A stretch of DNA of 64,000 nucleotides from an uncultured Shimia sp. (GTDB taxonomy: Bacteria; Pseudomonadota; Alphaproteobacteria; Rhodobacterales; Rhodobacteraceae): NCBI RefSeq assembly GCF_947493595.1, contig NZ_CANLRL010000004.1, positions 143,201-207,200 on the forward strand. The letters run 5' to 3'. This document shows, piece after piece, positions 18,445-27,487 of the stretch. The position numbers were made by a program, and so were the translations under genes. A model generated the notes under the pieces. That model did not search any database. It was not told the DNA's origin and was given only the letters and a program-made list of their open reading frames with translations. Each line of letters opens with the position of its first letter. Position 1 is the first letter of the stretch.

Positions 18445-19854
18445 TTAACCGTCGTTTTGGGCCGGGCCGGCTTCGGACAAGGTGCCATTGGCCCAGTTGC
18501 CTTTGCGCTCTTCACCGGAGGCGTATTTCATGGTGCCTTCGCCCTGACGCTGGCCACCTTTGAAGGTGCCCTCATAAATGTCGCCATTGGCATAGGTGGC
18601 GACACCAACCCCGTCAATCTCGCCGGATTTCCATTCGCCCGCGTATTTGAAGCCGTCCGGCATGACAATTTCGCCAATGCCGTTGCGCTGGCCCAGAGAG
18701 AACTGGCCGGTGTAGGTGGTGCCGTCGGCGTAGGTGGCGACCCCCATGCCGTGGCGCTGGCCGTCTTGCCATTCGCCTTCATAGCGGTAGCCGTCCGCGT
18801 AGGTCATTACGCCGCGTCCGTGGTTCTTAGCGTTTTTGAAGTCGCCTTCGTAGACCAGACCGTTGGCATAGACCGCTTTGCCAACGCCATCATTTACGCC
18901 TGCCTTCCAGTCGCCTTCATAGGTGGTGCCATCGGTGTAGGTGATTTTGCCCTGTCCATCAGCGAGGCCATTGGCGAACTGGCCAACATAAACCGAGCCG
19001 TCGGCGTAAGCGACTTCGCCGTTGCCTTCGATGTCACCGTTGACCCAGGTGCCCACGTAGACGTAGCCATCGCTACCCTTGAAGGTACCCTGGCCGTGGC
19101 GTTGATCCGCCTGGAAGTCGCCTTCATAGGTGTCGCCGTTGGCGTAGGTCACCATGCCTTTACCTTGGCGTTGGCCGCCAACAAGCTGCCCAACGTAGAT
19201 GTCGCCATTGGGTTGGGTAAGCGTGCCGTCGCCTTCGATCTGGCCCGCGGCCCAGGTGCCTTCGTAGATCAAACCGCCGGGCATGGTCAGGCGGCCTTGG
19301 CCTGCGCGTTCACCCGCTTTGATTTCGCCGTCATAGATGGTGCCGTCAGCATATGTGATCTTGCCAAGGCCTTCTTTGACGCCGTTGAGCCAGTCGCCTT
19401 CGTAGCGGTAGCCTGCCGGGCTGATCATCACGCCTTTGCCGTGGTGGTTGGCGTTTTGGAAGCTGCCTTCATAACGTACGCCGTTGGCATAGATCGCCAC
19501 GCCTGTCCCGGTGATTTTGCCGTCGGCCCAGTCGCCTTCGTAGGTGCCGCCATCGGTGAAGGTGATTTTGCCAAATCCATGGGGTTTGCCTTTGGCAAAG
19601 GTGCCGACATAAACCGAGCCATTGGGGAAGCGGGCCATGCCTTCGCCAACGATCTCACCCTCGACCCAGGCGCCTTCGTATTCGTAGCCGTTGGGCAGAC
19701 GGTAGATGCCGGTGCCGTGTTGCAGCCCGTTCTTGAAGGTGCCCTCATAGACACCGCCGTCGTCATATTGTTTTGTCAGAACCTGGCTGTCCTGTGCGAA
19801 GGCGGAAGTGCCCGCCAACAGGATGGCTAAGGTAAGTGCCTGAGTTCTGCTCAT
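18445..19854 (-). CDS. Exported MORN-repeat protein (18 full 23-aa repeats plus one partial)
   Basis: Signal peptide MSRTQALTLAILLAGTSAFA; tandem YEG.W/F..G...G.G...Y..G units. Confidence 0.9.
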   Translation of the reverse strand: MSRTQALTLAILLAGTSAFAQDSQVLTKQYDDGGVYEGTFKNGLQHGTGIYRLPNGYEYEGAWVEGEIVGEGMARFPNGSVYVGTFAKGKPHGFGKITFTDGGTYEGDWADGKITGTGVAIYANGVRYEGSFQNANHHGKGVMISPAGYRYEGDWLNGVKEGLGKITYADGTIYDGEIKAGERAGQGRLTMPGGLIYEGTWAAGQIEGDGTLTQPNGDIYVGQLVGGQRQGKGMVTYANGDTYEGDFQADQRHGQGTFKGSDGYVYVGTWVNGDIEGNGEVAYADGSVYVGQFANGLADGQGKITYTDGTTYEGDWKAGVNDGVGKAVYANGLVYEGDFKNAKNHGRGVMTYADGYRYEGEWQDGQRHGMGVATYADGTTYTGQFSLGQRNGIGEIVMPDGFKYAGEWKSGEIDGVGVATYANGDIYEGTFKGGQRQGEGTMKYASGEERKGNWANGTLSEAGPAQNDG

Positions 19855-20068
19855 AATTTCCAGTCCCACTGTTGCCCCAAAGGAGCATCCCCATCACCTT
19901 GCGGTGTTTTGACTGATTTTAGGGCAAGGGTTTCTTTGGAGCAAACGGTTTTGCACGTTTGACCTGTTTTGGCGGGTTTGCACGGCTTAGGGGCGGTGGT
20001 TTGCGCTTTTCCTTGGCGCTGTGTCTGCTACATCTTTGCGCAAGTAACGCGGTGCGGGAAGAAAATTG

Positions 20069-21727
20069 ATGGCTGATACATTCCGTTTGACACTGGCGCA
20101 GGCCAATCCGGTGATGGGGGATCTGGCGGGCAACGCCAACAAGGTGCGTGAAGTCTGGGCTGAGGCCAAGGCGACGCAGTCCGACATGGTGGCGTTCCCG
20201 GAAATGTTTATTGTGGGCTACAACGCGCAGGATTTGATCCTGAAGCCGGCGTTGCAGGCGGCAGCATTAGCAGAGATTGAGCAACTGGCTGTCGATTGTG
20301 CTGAGGGGCCGGTTGTGGCCGTGGGTGGTCCGCTGGTGCAGGACGGCGCGTTGTATAACGCTTACTTCATCCTGAAGGGGGGGAAGATTGCGCATACCCA
20401 GCTGAAGCACCATTTGCCGAACTACACGGTGTTTGATGAGGAACGCCTGTTTGCCCATGGGCCGATGGGCGGTCCGTATGATGTGAACGGGGTGCGGGTT
20501 GGCTCGCCAATTTGCGAAGATGCCTGGTTTGAGGATGTGCCGGAGACTTTGGAGGAAACCGGGGCGGAGATCCTCGTGGTGCCCAATGGCTCGCCTTACT
20601 ACCGCGACAAGTTTGATCGCCGCATGAACCACATGGTGGCGCGGGTGATCGAGACTGAACTGCCGCTGGTCTACCTCAATATGGTGGGCGGTCAGGATGA
20701 CCAGGTGTTTGACGGGGGCTCCTTTGTGCTGAACCCCGGCGGGCAATTGGCGATGCAATTGCCGGTGTTTGACGAGGCGGTGGCGCATGTGGAATTTGAG
20801 CGCACCGCGGCGGGCTGGCGCTGCAAGGATGGCCCAAAGGCGCTTTTGCCTGCGGGGGAAGAGCAGGACTACCGCGTCAGTGTCGAAGCGCTGCGGGATT
20901 ATATGGGGAAGACGGGCTTCAAGAAGGTCTTGCTGGGGCTGTCAGGCGGGATTGATAGCGCCTTGGTGGCCACAATTGCGGTGGATGCGCTGGGCGCAGA
21001 GAACGTGCGCTGTGTGATGCTGCCGTCGGAGTATACCTCGCAGGAGTCGCTGGATGACGCGGAGGACATCGCCAAGCGGTTGGGCGTGCACTACGATTAT
21101 GTGCCGATTGCCGAAGGACGTGCCGCGATCACCAACACGCTGGCACCGCTGTTTGAAGGCACCGAGCCGGGGCTGACAGAAGAGAACATTCAGAGCCGCC
21201 TGCGCGGGCTATTGTTGATGGCGCTGTCCAACAAGTTTGGTGAGATGCTGCTGACCACGGGCAATAAATCTGAGGTCGCGGTGGGTTATGCGACGATCTA
21301 TGGCGATATGGCGGGTGGGTATAATCCGATCAAAGACATGTACAAAACCCGCGTGTTTGAAACCTCGCGCTGGCGCAATAGCGTGCATCGGGATTGGATG
21401 AACGGGCCTGCGGGCGAGGTCATTCCGGTGAATATCATCGACAAGCCGCCGTCAGCAGAGCTGCGACCAGATCAGAAAGATGAAGACAGCCTGCCGCCCT
21501 ATGACGTGTTGGATGCAATCCTGTTCATGTTGGTGGATGAGGACAAATCCGTCGCCGATTGTGTCGCCGCTGGCTATGAGCGGGAGACGGTGAAGCGGGT
21601 GGAGCATCTGGTCTATATCAGCGAATACAAACGCTTCCAGTCCGCGCCCGGCGCGCGGTTGAGCAAGAAGGCGTTTTGGCTGGATCGCCGCTATCCGATT
21701 GTGAACCGGTTCCGCGATCCGAGCTGA
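20069..21727 (+). CDS. nadE: Glutamine-dependent NAD+ synthetase
   Basis: Nitrilase-type domain with FPE, K and ICED triad; synthetase LGLSGGIDS, ENIQSRLRG, TGNKSE, KPPSAEL. Confidence 0.95.
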   Translation: MADTFRLTLAQANPVMGDLAGNANKVREVWAEAKATQSDMVAFPEMFIVGYNAQDLILKPALQAAALAEIEQLAVDCAEGPVVAVGGPLVQDGALYNAYFILKGGKIAHTQLKHHLPNYTVFDEERLFAHGPMGGPYDVNGVRVGSPICEDAWFEDVPETLEETGAEILVVPNGSPYYRDKFDRRMNHMVARVIETELPLVYLNMVGGQDDQVFDGGSFVLNPGGQLAMQLPVFDEAVAHVEFERTAAGWRCKDGPKALLPAGEEQDYRVSVEALRDYMGKTGFKKVLLGLSGGIDSALVATIAVDALGAENVRCVMLPSEYTSQESLDDAEDIAKRLGVHYDYVPIAEGRAAITNTLAPLFEGTEPGLTEENIQSRLRGLLLMALSNKFGEMLLTTGNKSEVAVGYATIYGDMAGGYNPIKDMYKTRVFETSRWRNSVHRDWMNGPAGEVIPVNIIDKPPSAELRPDQKDEDSLPPYDVLDAILFMLVDEDKSVADCVAAGYERETVKRVEHLVYISEYKRFQSAPGARLSKKAFWLDRRYPIVNRFRDPS

Positions 21728-21764
21728 GCCAGCCGACTAACCTAGATAAAGCAGGGGCTTGAAC

Positions 21765-22112
21765 ATGATTGAGCGCAAACACACGGGCACACGGATGTCC
21801 AAAATTGTCATCCATAATCAGGTGGCGTATCTGTGTGGACAGGTTGGCGCGGGGGACACCGTTGCGGAGCAAACGCGGGATTGCCTGTCTCGCGTGGATG
21901 CGTTGCTGGAAGAGGCTGAATCGGATCGCGCGCATATCTTGCAGGCCATCGTCTGGCTGTCTGATATGGCTGATTTTGCCGAGATGAATGCGGTTTGGGA
22001 TGACTGGGTGCCCGAAGGCCACGCGCCTGCGCGAGCCTGTGGCGAAGCCAAATTGGCGCGGGATGTGCTGAAGGTTGAGGTGATTGTCACGGCGGCTGTG
22101 AAAGCGGGCTGA
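21765..22112 (+). CDS. RidA/YoaB-family protein
   Basis: RMSKIVIH...[32 protein letters not shown]. Confidence 0.9.
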   Translation: MIERKHTGTRMSKIVIHNQVAYLCGQVGAGDTVAEQTRDCLSRVDALLEEAESDRAHILQAIVWLSDMADFAEMNAVWDDWVPEGHAPARACGEAKLARDVLKVEVIVTAAVKAG

Positions 22113-22369
22113 GGGGTCGTTGGGGGAAGGCGGATGAGCGTCAGACTCGCTACCCCAGTCAGTGGAGGGCTAGTTTGAGCCCAAAATCATCGGTGCTGCG
22201 GGTGCGCGAAGGTAGGCTTTAGATGATCTTAGTGTATCAATCTTGTGCCGATCCTATCTCTCGTAATATCGATTAACGAGCTTCAAATGATGCATGTAAA
22301 GGTTGAATTTCCCGTATCCATGAGGATAGGCTGAGAATTATTACTTCAGAAATTTGAAAGGAACATTCG

Positions 22370-22669
22370 ATGAAACCGTTTAGGTCAATTTCTGTCATCC
22401 TTTTATTGTGTTCTGCCATTCCAGCAGCGGCGCAAAATATGACTTACATCGGGGACGCTCAACGAGGTGTACCCGCGTTCAAAAACATCAAATCCCTTTG
22501 TACAGGAGCAAATGTAGCTGCGGGTGTAGACTGTGTTGAAGCCGCTCGTGCAATATGTGCGCAGCAATTCGGTGGTCAGGGCGCGACGTACGAAAACACA
22601 ACCGCGATATTAAGAGGCTACGACGAAAATACCTCTGAAATTATCTATGGGTGTTTCACCACAGGCTAG
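22370..22669 (+). CDS. Small exported Cys-containing hypothetical protein
   Basis: RBS GAAAGGA; signal peptide MKPFRSISVILLLCSAIPAAA; four Cys in the mature part; AT-rich context. Confidence 0.65.
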   Translation: MKPFRSISVILLLCSAIPAAAQNMTYIGDAQRGVPAFKNIKSLCTGANVAAGVDCVEAARAICAQQFGGQGATYENTTAILRGYDENTSEIIYGCFTTG

Positions 22670-22896
22670 CTTTACCTCGTAGCCAAATGAAGGAATTTTG
22701 CGGATAATAATTTGGCTTGATATGTTATCTGGAATTTCAGGCCGTATTTAACATAATTTGCCTTATTAGTACCTGTAGGCGGTAATTCGCGACAAATTTC
22801 CGAAAGCCGCCATTAGCGCAGCCGCAGCGAAATGTTGCAAAGTCCCTCAAAGCTGCCATCCGCTCTATATGCTCCGCAATGTTCTCATGCCTCCAA

Positions 22897-22931
22897 AAAA
22901 CGGCGCGTCCTAACCTGGGACGCGCCGTTTT
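22897..22931. terminator. Bidirectional intrinsic terminator downstream of gltX
   Basis: 14-bp inverted repeat AAAACGGCGCGTCC / GGACGCGCCGTTTT with A and T tails. Confidence 0.85.
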
Positions 22932-22946
22932 CGTTTTTGGGGGGAC

Positions 22947-24272
22947 CTAACCGCGCGCCTTGATGACCTGCAGTAGTGGCATCAGGGAGGCCATGTCGGG
23001 GCCGTTTTTCTGACCGGTCAGCGCTTTGCGCAGCGGCATGAACAGACCGCGGCCTTTGCGGCCGGTGGCTTCTTTCACCGCCGCGGTCCAGGTGGACCAT
23101 GTGTCGTCATCAAACGGGCCTTCGGGCAGGAGCTTCATGGCTTCCGCGATGAACTCTTTGTCCTCGTCGTCGATCTCCGGTTCGGCCCCATTGGTGTAGA
23201 GGTCCCACCATTTGCCCAGATCGTTGAGCGTGGTGATGTTGTCGCGGGTCACGTTCCAGAAACGCTCTGCTTTGTCGGCCGGCAGCCCAACGGCGGCAAC
23301 GGCGTCTGCCACCTCTGCGAGAGGCTTTTCCTGCAGAACCTTGGCGGTGAGCGGGTAGAGGTCTTCGACGTCAAACTTGGTGGGTGCTGCGCCAAATTTG
23401 GTGATGTCGAAACCATCCGCGATCTCTTCGAGGTTGGCGCGCAGCTCCATTGGGTCGGAGCTGCCGAGACGGGCCATTAGGCTCAAAAGCGCCATCGGCT
23501 GTACACCCGCTTCGCGCAGATCACGCAAGGCAAGGGTGCCGAGGCGTTTGGAGAGCGCTTCGCCCTGTGGGCCGGTCAGCAGTGAGTGGTGCGCGAAGTT
23601 TGGCACCGCGCCGCCAAGCGCTTCGATGATCTGGATTTGAGTGGCGGTGTTGGTGACGTGGTCGGAGCCGCGCACAACGTCAGTGATTCCGTAGTCGATG
23701 TCGTCGCAAACGGAGGCCAGCGTGTAGAGGAATTGGCCATCGGCGCGGATCAGGACCGGGTCGGACACGGAGGCGGCGTCAATCGAGCGGTCGCCCAAGA
23801 TGCCGTCGGTCCATTCGATGCGCTCGTGATCCAGCTTGAAACGCCAGTGACCGTTGCCGCGCTCTGCGCGCAGGTTGGCTTTCTCGTCGTCCGACAGGTT
23901 CAGGGCCGCGCGGTCGTAGACCGGCGGTTTGCCCATGTTGAGCTGTTTCTTACGCTTTAGGTCCAGCTCCGTAGGGGTCTCAAAGCACTCGTAGAACCTG
24001 CCCATGTCACGCAGCTTTTGTGCGGCGTCTTCATAACGGTCCAGACGGGAGGACTGGGTTTCGATGCGGTCCCAGGTCAGGCCAAGCCATTCGAGATCCT
24101 GTTGAATGGCGTCGACATATTCCTGCTTGCTGCGCTCCGGATCGGTGTCGTCAATGCGCAGCACAAAGGTGCCGCCAGCTTTGCGGGCGATCAGATAGTT
24201 CATCAGCGCGGTGCGCAGATTGCCAACGTGGATGTAGCCGGTTGGCGAAGGGGCAAAACGGGTGGTCGTCAT
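22947..24272 (-). CDS. gltX: Glutamate--tRNA ligase
   Basis: TRFAPSPTGYIHVGN, LRIDDTD, VVRGSDH, LSKR (KMSKS site), FMPLRKALTG. Confidence 0.95.
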   Translation of the reverse strand: MTTTRFAPSPTGYIHVGNLRTALMNYLIARKAGGTFVLRIDDTDPERSKQEYVDAIQQDLEWLGLTWDRIETQSSRLDRYEDAAQKLRDMGRFYECFETPTELDLKRKKQLNMGKPPVYDRAALNLSDDEKANLRAERGNGHWRFKLDHERIEWTDGILGDRSIDAASVSDPVLIRADGQFLYTLASVCDDIDYGITDVVRGSDHVTNTATQIQIIEALGGAVPNFAHHSLLTGPQGEALSKRLGTLALRDLREAGVQPMALLSLMARLGSSDPMELRANLEEIADGFDITKFGAAPTKFDVEDLYPLTAKVLQEKPLAEVADAVAAVGLPADKAERFWNVTRDNITTLNDLGKWWDLYTNGAEPEIDDEDKEFIAEAMKLLPEGPFDDDTWSTWTAAVKEATGRKGRGLFMPLRKALTGQKNGPDMASLMPLLQVIKARG

Positions 24273-24379
24273 GGGAATCTCCTGTTGCGTTCCCAATTCC
24301 ACACCTTGCGCGGTTTGTCCAGAAATGTGGCTCTTTGGTGGGCCGGTTTAAGTACTGGCCCACCAAGGTGCGTAAAGTG

Positions 24380-25789
24380 TTAGAGCTGATCCTGATCCGG
24401 GATGAAATCAGGGTTGCGCTCGATCTGAGGTTGTCCAACCAAACGCCACCGGTAGATCACGTCGTAGGTGCCGCCGTCGCCTTGGGTGCGAAACTCCAGT
24501 GGCACGCTGGTTGTGTTGCCGTGAAAAGGCCAGCCGGTGAGTGTTTCCGGGGACAACTCCAAGGCGCGGATTTGCAGGTCAAAGATATCGTCCCGGTTGG
24601 CAAACATTGCGCCAAGCCAGATCACCAAGGCGCCTAGAATACCCACCGCAATGCCAATGAGTGCGCCGACCAAGAGGCCAATTGGACCGCCAATCGACCC
24701 AATGGTGAAACCGGCCATAAGAGAAGCCGCAATAAAGCTAGCCATGCCGAGATAGACAGTCATGGTGGCTTCATTGGTCAGATAATTTATCTCCGCTCGC
24801 AGCGCTGTGTCGAGTTCAAACAAATAAGCGGTAAACCCACCCTGTGGATCCGTTTCTGCCATGGAAAAGAAGGTCACAAAAACGAGGGGCAGGGACATGG
24901 TTCCGGTTTCAAAACGCATCGGGACAATGGGCGGGTCGAACACGGCAGTGTCGGAGGTGCGGAAAGAGCCGGCGTCAAACTCGTCGGTGACCGGTTGATC
25001 ACCTTGGCGGTCTGCGGGGATGCCGGGAACCTCAAAATAGCCAGAGGCCTCTGTCACGTCATAGGCTTCGACAAGCCCTACCGCGCCGAGAGCAGCAAAG
25101 CGAATTTCGTCCGCGCCTGCTTCGCCGCGGGTTTCGCGAATGCAGGTGACACGATCCACCAGAAATTCAACAGCCGAGACGCCGGTTACAATCGCTTGGT
25201 CCGGAAAGACTGTTGCTGGCGGCGCGTCCTGAATTGTGGGGGGGGCGTCGTCCAAAGGTTGATCTTGGTCCGGTGGAGCCGCTTTCGTCCCGCTTTGCGG
25301 CATGGTGGCAAGCTGGCCTGGAAAAAACTCTTGGAGGATGCCTCGGTTGTGAGCCTGGAGATCCTCCGGTGTCTTGATTTGAGCGTTCTCTTCAGGTGTC
25401 AAAATATCTGCCAGTTCCTTTGTGATGGGAAAACGCTCTGACAGCGGGGTTTTGCTGTCGGGGTCGACAATTTTGCTGAGACGGCGTTTGGCGTCAGCTG
25501 ACAGAGGGCGGCCGCTGTGGGGATCAGTTTCCAGCAGGCGCTGCACCAGCTTGGCTTTTTTCTCTTTCGAGAGGGCCTGGGCCATTTTGGCAAAGACGGC
25601 AGAGACGCTTGGATGGCGTTCCTGTTGCTCCTGGGTCTTTCGATTCCCTTGGGTGAAGCTGCGTGGCCCAGCTTTGCCTCGCAGCAGGGTTTCGGCCAAT
25701 TCGGCTTGATAATAGAGGCTGAGTAGGGTGGAGGCTTTGCGGGCACGAGGGCCCATGCGCTCAAACTGCGCGGGATCGTAAAAGGACAT
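24380..25789 (-). CDS. Hypothetical protein with a C-terminal glycine-zipper hydrophobic hairpin
   Basis: 469-codon ORF with no signal peptide; GPIGLLVGALIGIAVGILG segment flanked by beta-strand-like sequence. Confidence 0.7.
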   Translation of the reverse strand: MSFYDPAQFERMGPRARKASTLLSLYYQAELAETLLRGKAGPRSFTQGNRKTQEQQERHPSVSAVFAKMAQALSKEKKAKLVQRLLETDPHSGRPLSADAKRRLSKIVDPDSKTPLSERFPITKELADILTPEENAQIKTPEDLQAHNRGILQEFFPGQLATMPQSGTKAAPPDQDQPLDDAPPTIQDAPPATVFPDQAIVTGVSAVEFLVDRVTCIRETRGEAGADEIRFAALGAVGLVEAYDVTEASGYFEVPGIPADRQGDQPVTDEFDAGSFRTSDTAVFDPPIVPMRFETGTMSLPLVFVTFFSMAETDPQGGFTAYLFELDTALRAEINYLTNEATMTVYLGMASFIAASLMAGFTIGSIGGPIGLLVGALIGIAVGILGALVIWLGAMFANRDDIFDLQIRALELSPETLTGWPFHGNTTSVPLEFRTQGDGGTYDVIYRWRLVGQPQIERNPDFIPDQDQL

Positions 25790-25895
25790 AATGGAACTCG
25801 ATGCTTAGAAAAAATGCAGGCGGCGGGAAAACAATAGGCGCCGTTTTGATCTAAGCGTGCCGTGACAGTCGCAGCAAGGCGGGTATTCCTAACCT

Positions 25896-26330
25896 TTATG
25901 AGCGCCCATCTGTTACGGACCACTTGGCGTTGAGATCCGTGAGGCCGGTTTTGATGAGCTCTTCGAGTACGGTGAGATCGATGTCAGCCAGTGTGTTGAT
26001 GTAGAGGCAGGATTTGCCCAGCTTGTGTTTGCCAAGCCGGTCGAGAATGGCGCTGTAGTCCTGATAGCCGGGCATGATGTAGAGCACGAGGTTGGCTTTG
26101 CGTGGGCTGAAGCCGGTGGCGAGGAAGTCGCCTTCGCGGCCGCTGTCATAGCGGTAGTGGTATTGGCCAAAGCCAATGATGGACGGTCCCCACATCACTG
26201 GGAGATAGCCCGACACGCGTTCAAAGAGGTCGAGTAGGACGAAGGCGTCGGATTGGCGGCGGGCTGGGGAGACCGTCTTCAGAAAATCGCGCGGATTGAT
26301 GCCTGTGGGCGTGGTTTTGTTGGTGCTCAT
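25896..26330 (-). CDS. DUF1801 (YdhG-like) protein
   Basis: MWGPSIIGFGQYHYRYDSGREG...GFSPRKANL, LGKHKLGKSCLYI. Confidence 0.85.
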   Translation of the reverse strand: MSTNKTTPTGINPRDFLKTVSPARRQSDAFVLLDLFERVSGYLPVMWGPSIIGFGQYHYRYDSGREGDFLATGFSPRKANLVLYIMPGYQDYSAILDRLGKHKLGKSCLYINTLADIDLTVLEELIKTGLTDLNAKWSVTDGRS

Positions 26331-26532
26331 GGGGTGGCCCTCATGGAGGTGAGTGGACAAGATATCTGTTGCGGTTTTTGGGAGCCTACGCAAATGAGAC
26401 TGGTTTGGCACCGCACGCCAAATTAGGATGCATTGTTTGATCTAAAACAGGGTTTTGCCAATCCTGTTTGCGATAACACTGTTTGTGAACAAGTGTGTAA
26501 CTTGAGTTTTAGTCCTTTGGGAGGGCGGACCG

Positions 26533-27486
26533 TTGCAAGATATTTTGACCGTGACTTTCAATCCGGCGGTGGACATGTCCACTGCGACGCCTGCCGTCAC
26601 CGCGGGGCCTAAGCTCCGGTGCGACGCGCCGGTCTTTAGTGCTGGTGGTGGCGGGATCAATGTGTCTCGCGCCATTCGCATTCTGGGCGGCCATTCGCGG
26701 GCGTTTGTGGCAGCTGGGGGGACTGCCGGTGTGAAGCTCGGGGATTTATTGGCCGAAGAGGGCATTGCGCGCATTCCCTATCCAGCACCGGGAGAGACCC
26801 GCACCAATGTGGCGGTGATTGAGGGCGAAAGTGGGGATCAGTATCGCTATGTGATGCCGGGGCCAACTTGGGGGGAGGCAGATTGTGCGCTGATGCTCGA
26901 TAATCTTTGCGCGATGGTGTCGCCGTCGGGGCTTGTTGTGCTGTCTGGAAGTTTGGCGCCGGGCATGCCGGTGGATGTGATCCGCCGGATTATGCAGCGG
27001 TTGGGGACCGATGGGCCGAGGGTGATTTGTGACATTTCCGGAGCGCCATTGGCCAACCTGTGTGGGCATGAAGGCTGCGGGCTGGAGCTGCTGCGCATGG
27101 ATCATGATGAAGCAGAAGAGATCGAAGGTGGGCCATTGGCAAGCCGGGAAGACAGTGCACGGTTTGCGCGCGATTTGGTCTCGAAGGGTGTAGCGCGGAC
27201 GGTGATTGTGGCACGGGGGCCGGATGGGTCGGTTCTGGCGACGGCGGAGGGCTGTGTGCATGCCTCTGGGCTGGATGTGCCGGTGGACAGCAAGGTAGGA
27301 GCCGGGGACAGTTTTGTCGGGGCGTTTGCCTTGGCGCTGGCCATGGGCAAAGACGCGACCACCGCTTTGCAGTGGGGCACTACGGCGGCGACGTCGGCGG
27401 TGACCACGCCTGCGCGAGAGCTGTGCCGGAAGCCGGATTTTGAACGGTATTTGCCTGAATGTGCGTTGAGCGATCTGGCTGTGTAG
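26533..27486 (+). CDS. PfkB-family 1-phosphofructokinase/hexose kinase
   Basis: TVTFNPAVD, GGGGINVSR, LSGSL, VGAGDSF; TTG start with GGGAGG RBS. Confidence 0.88.
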   Translation: MQDILTVTFNPAVDMSTATPAVTAGPKLRCDAPVFSAGGGGINVSRAIRILGGHSRAFVAAGGTAGVKLGDLLAEEGIARIPYPAPGETRTNVAVIEGESGDQYRYVMPGPTWGEADCALMLDNLCAMVSPSGLVVLSGSLAPGMPVDVIRRIMQRLGTDGPRVICDISGAPLANLCGHEGCGLELLRMDHDEAEEIEGGPLASREDSARFARDLVSKGVARTVIVARGPDGSVLATAEGCVHASGLDVPVDSKVGAGDSFVGAFALALAMGKDATTALQWGTTAATSAVTTPARELCRKPDFERYLPECALSDLAV

Positions 27487-27487
27487 C

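Noticed and set aside
18445-19854. Periodic DNA repeats as a CRISPR array or mobile repeat
   Set aside because: The 69-nt period is in-frame MORN coding repeat with degenerate third positions; there are no unique spacers and no cas genes.
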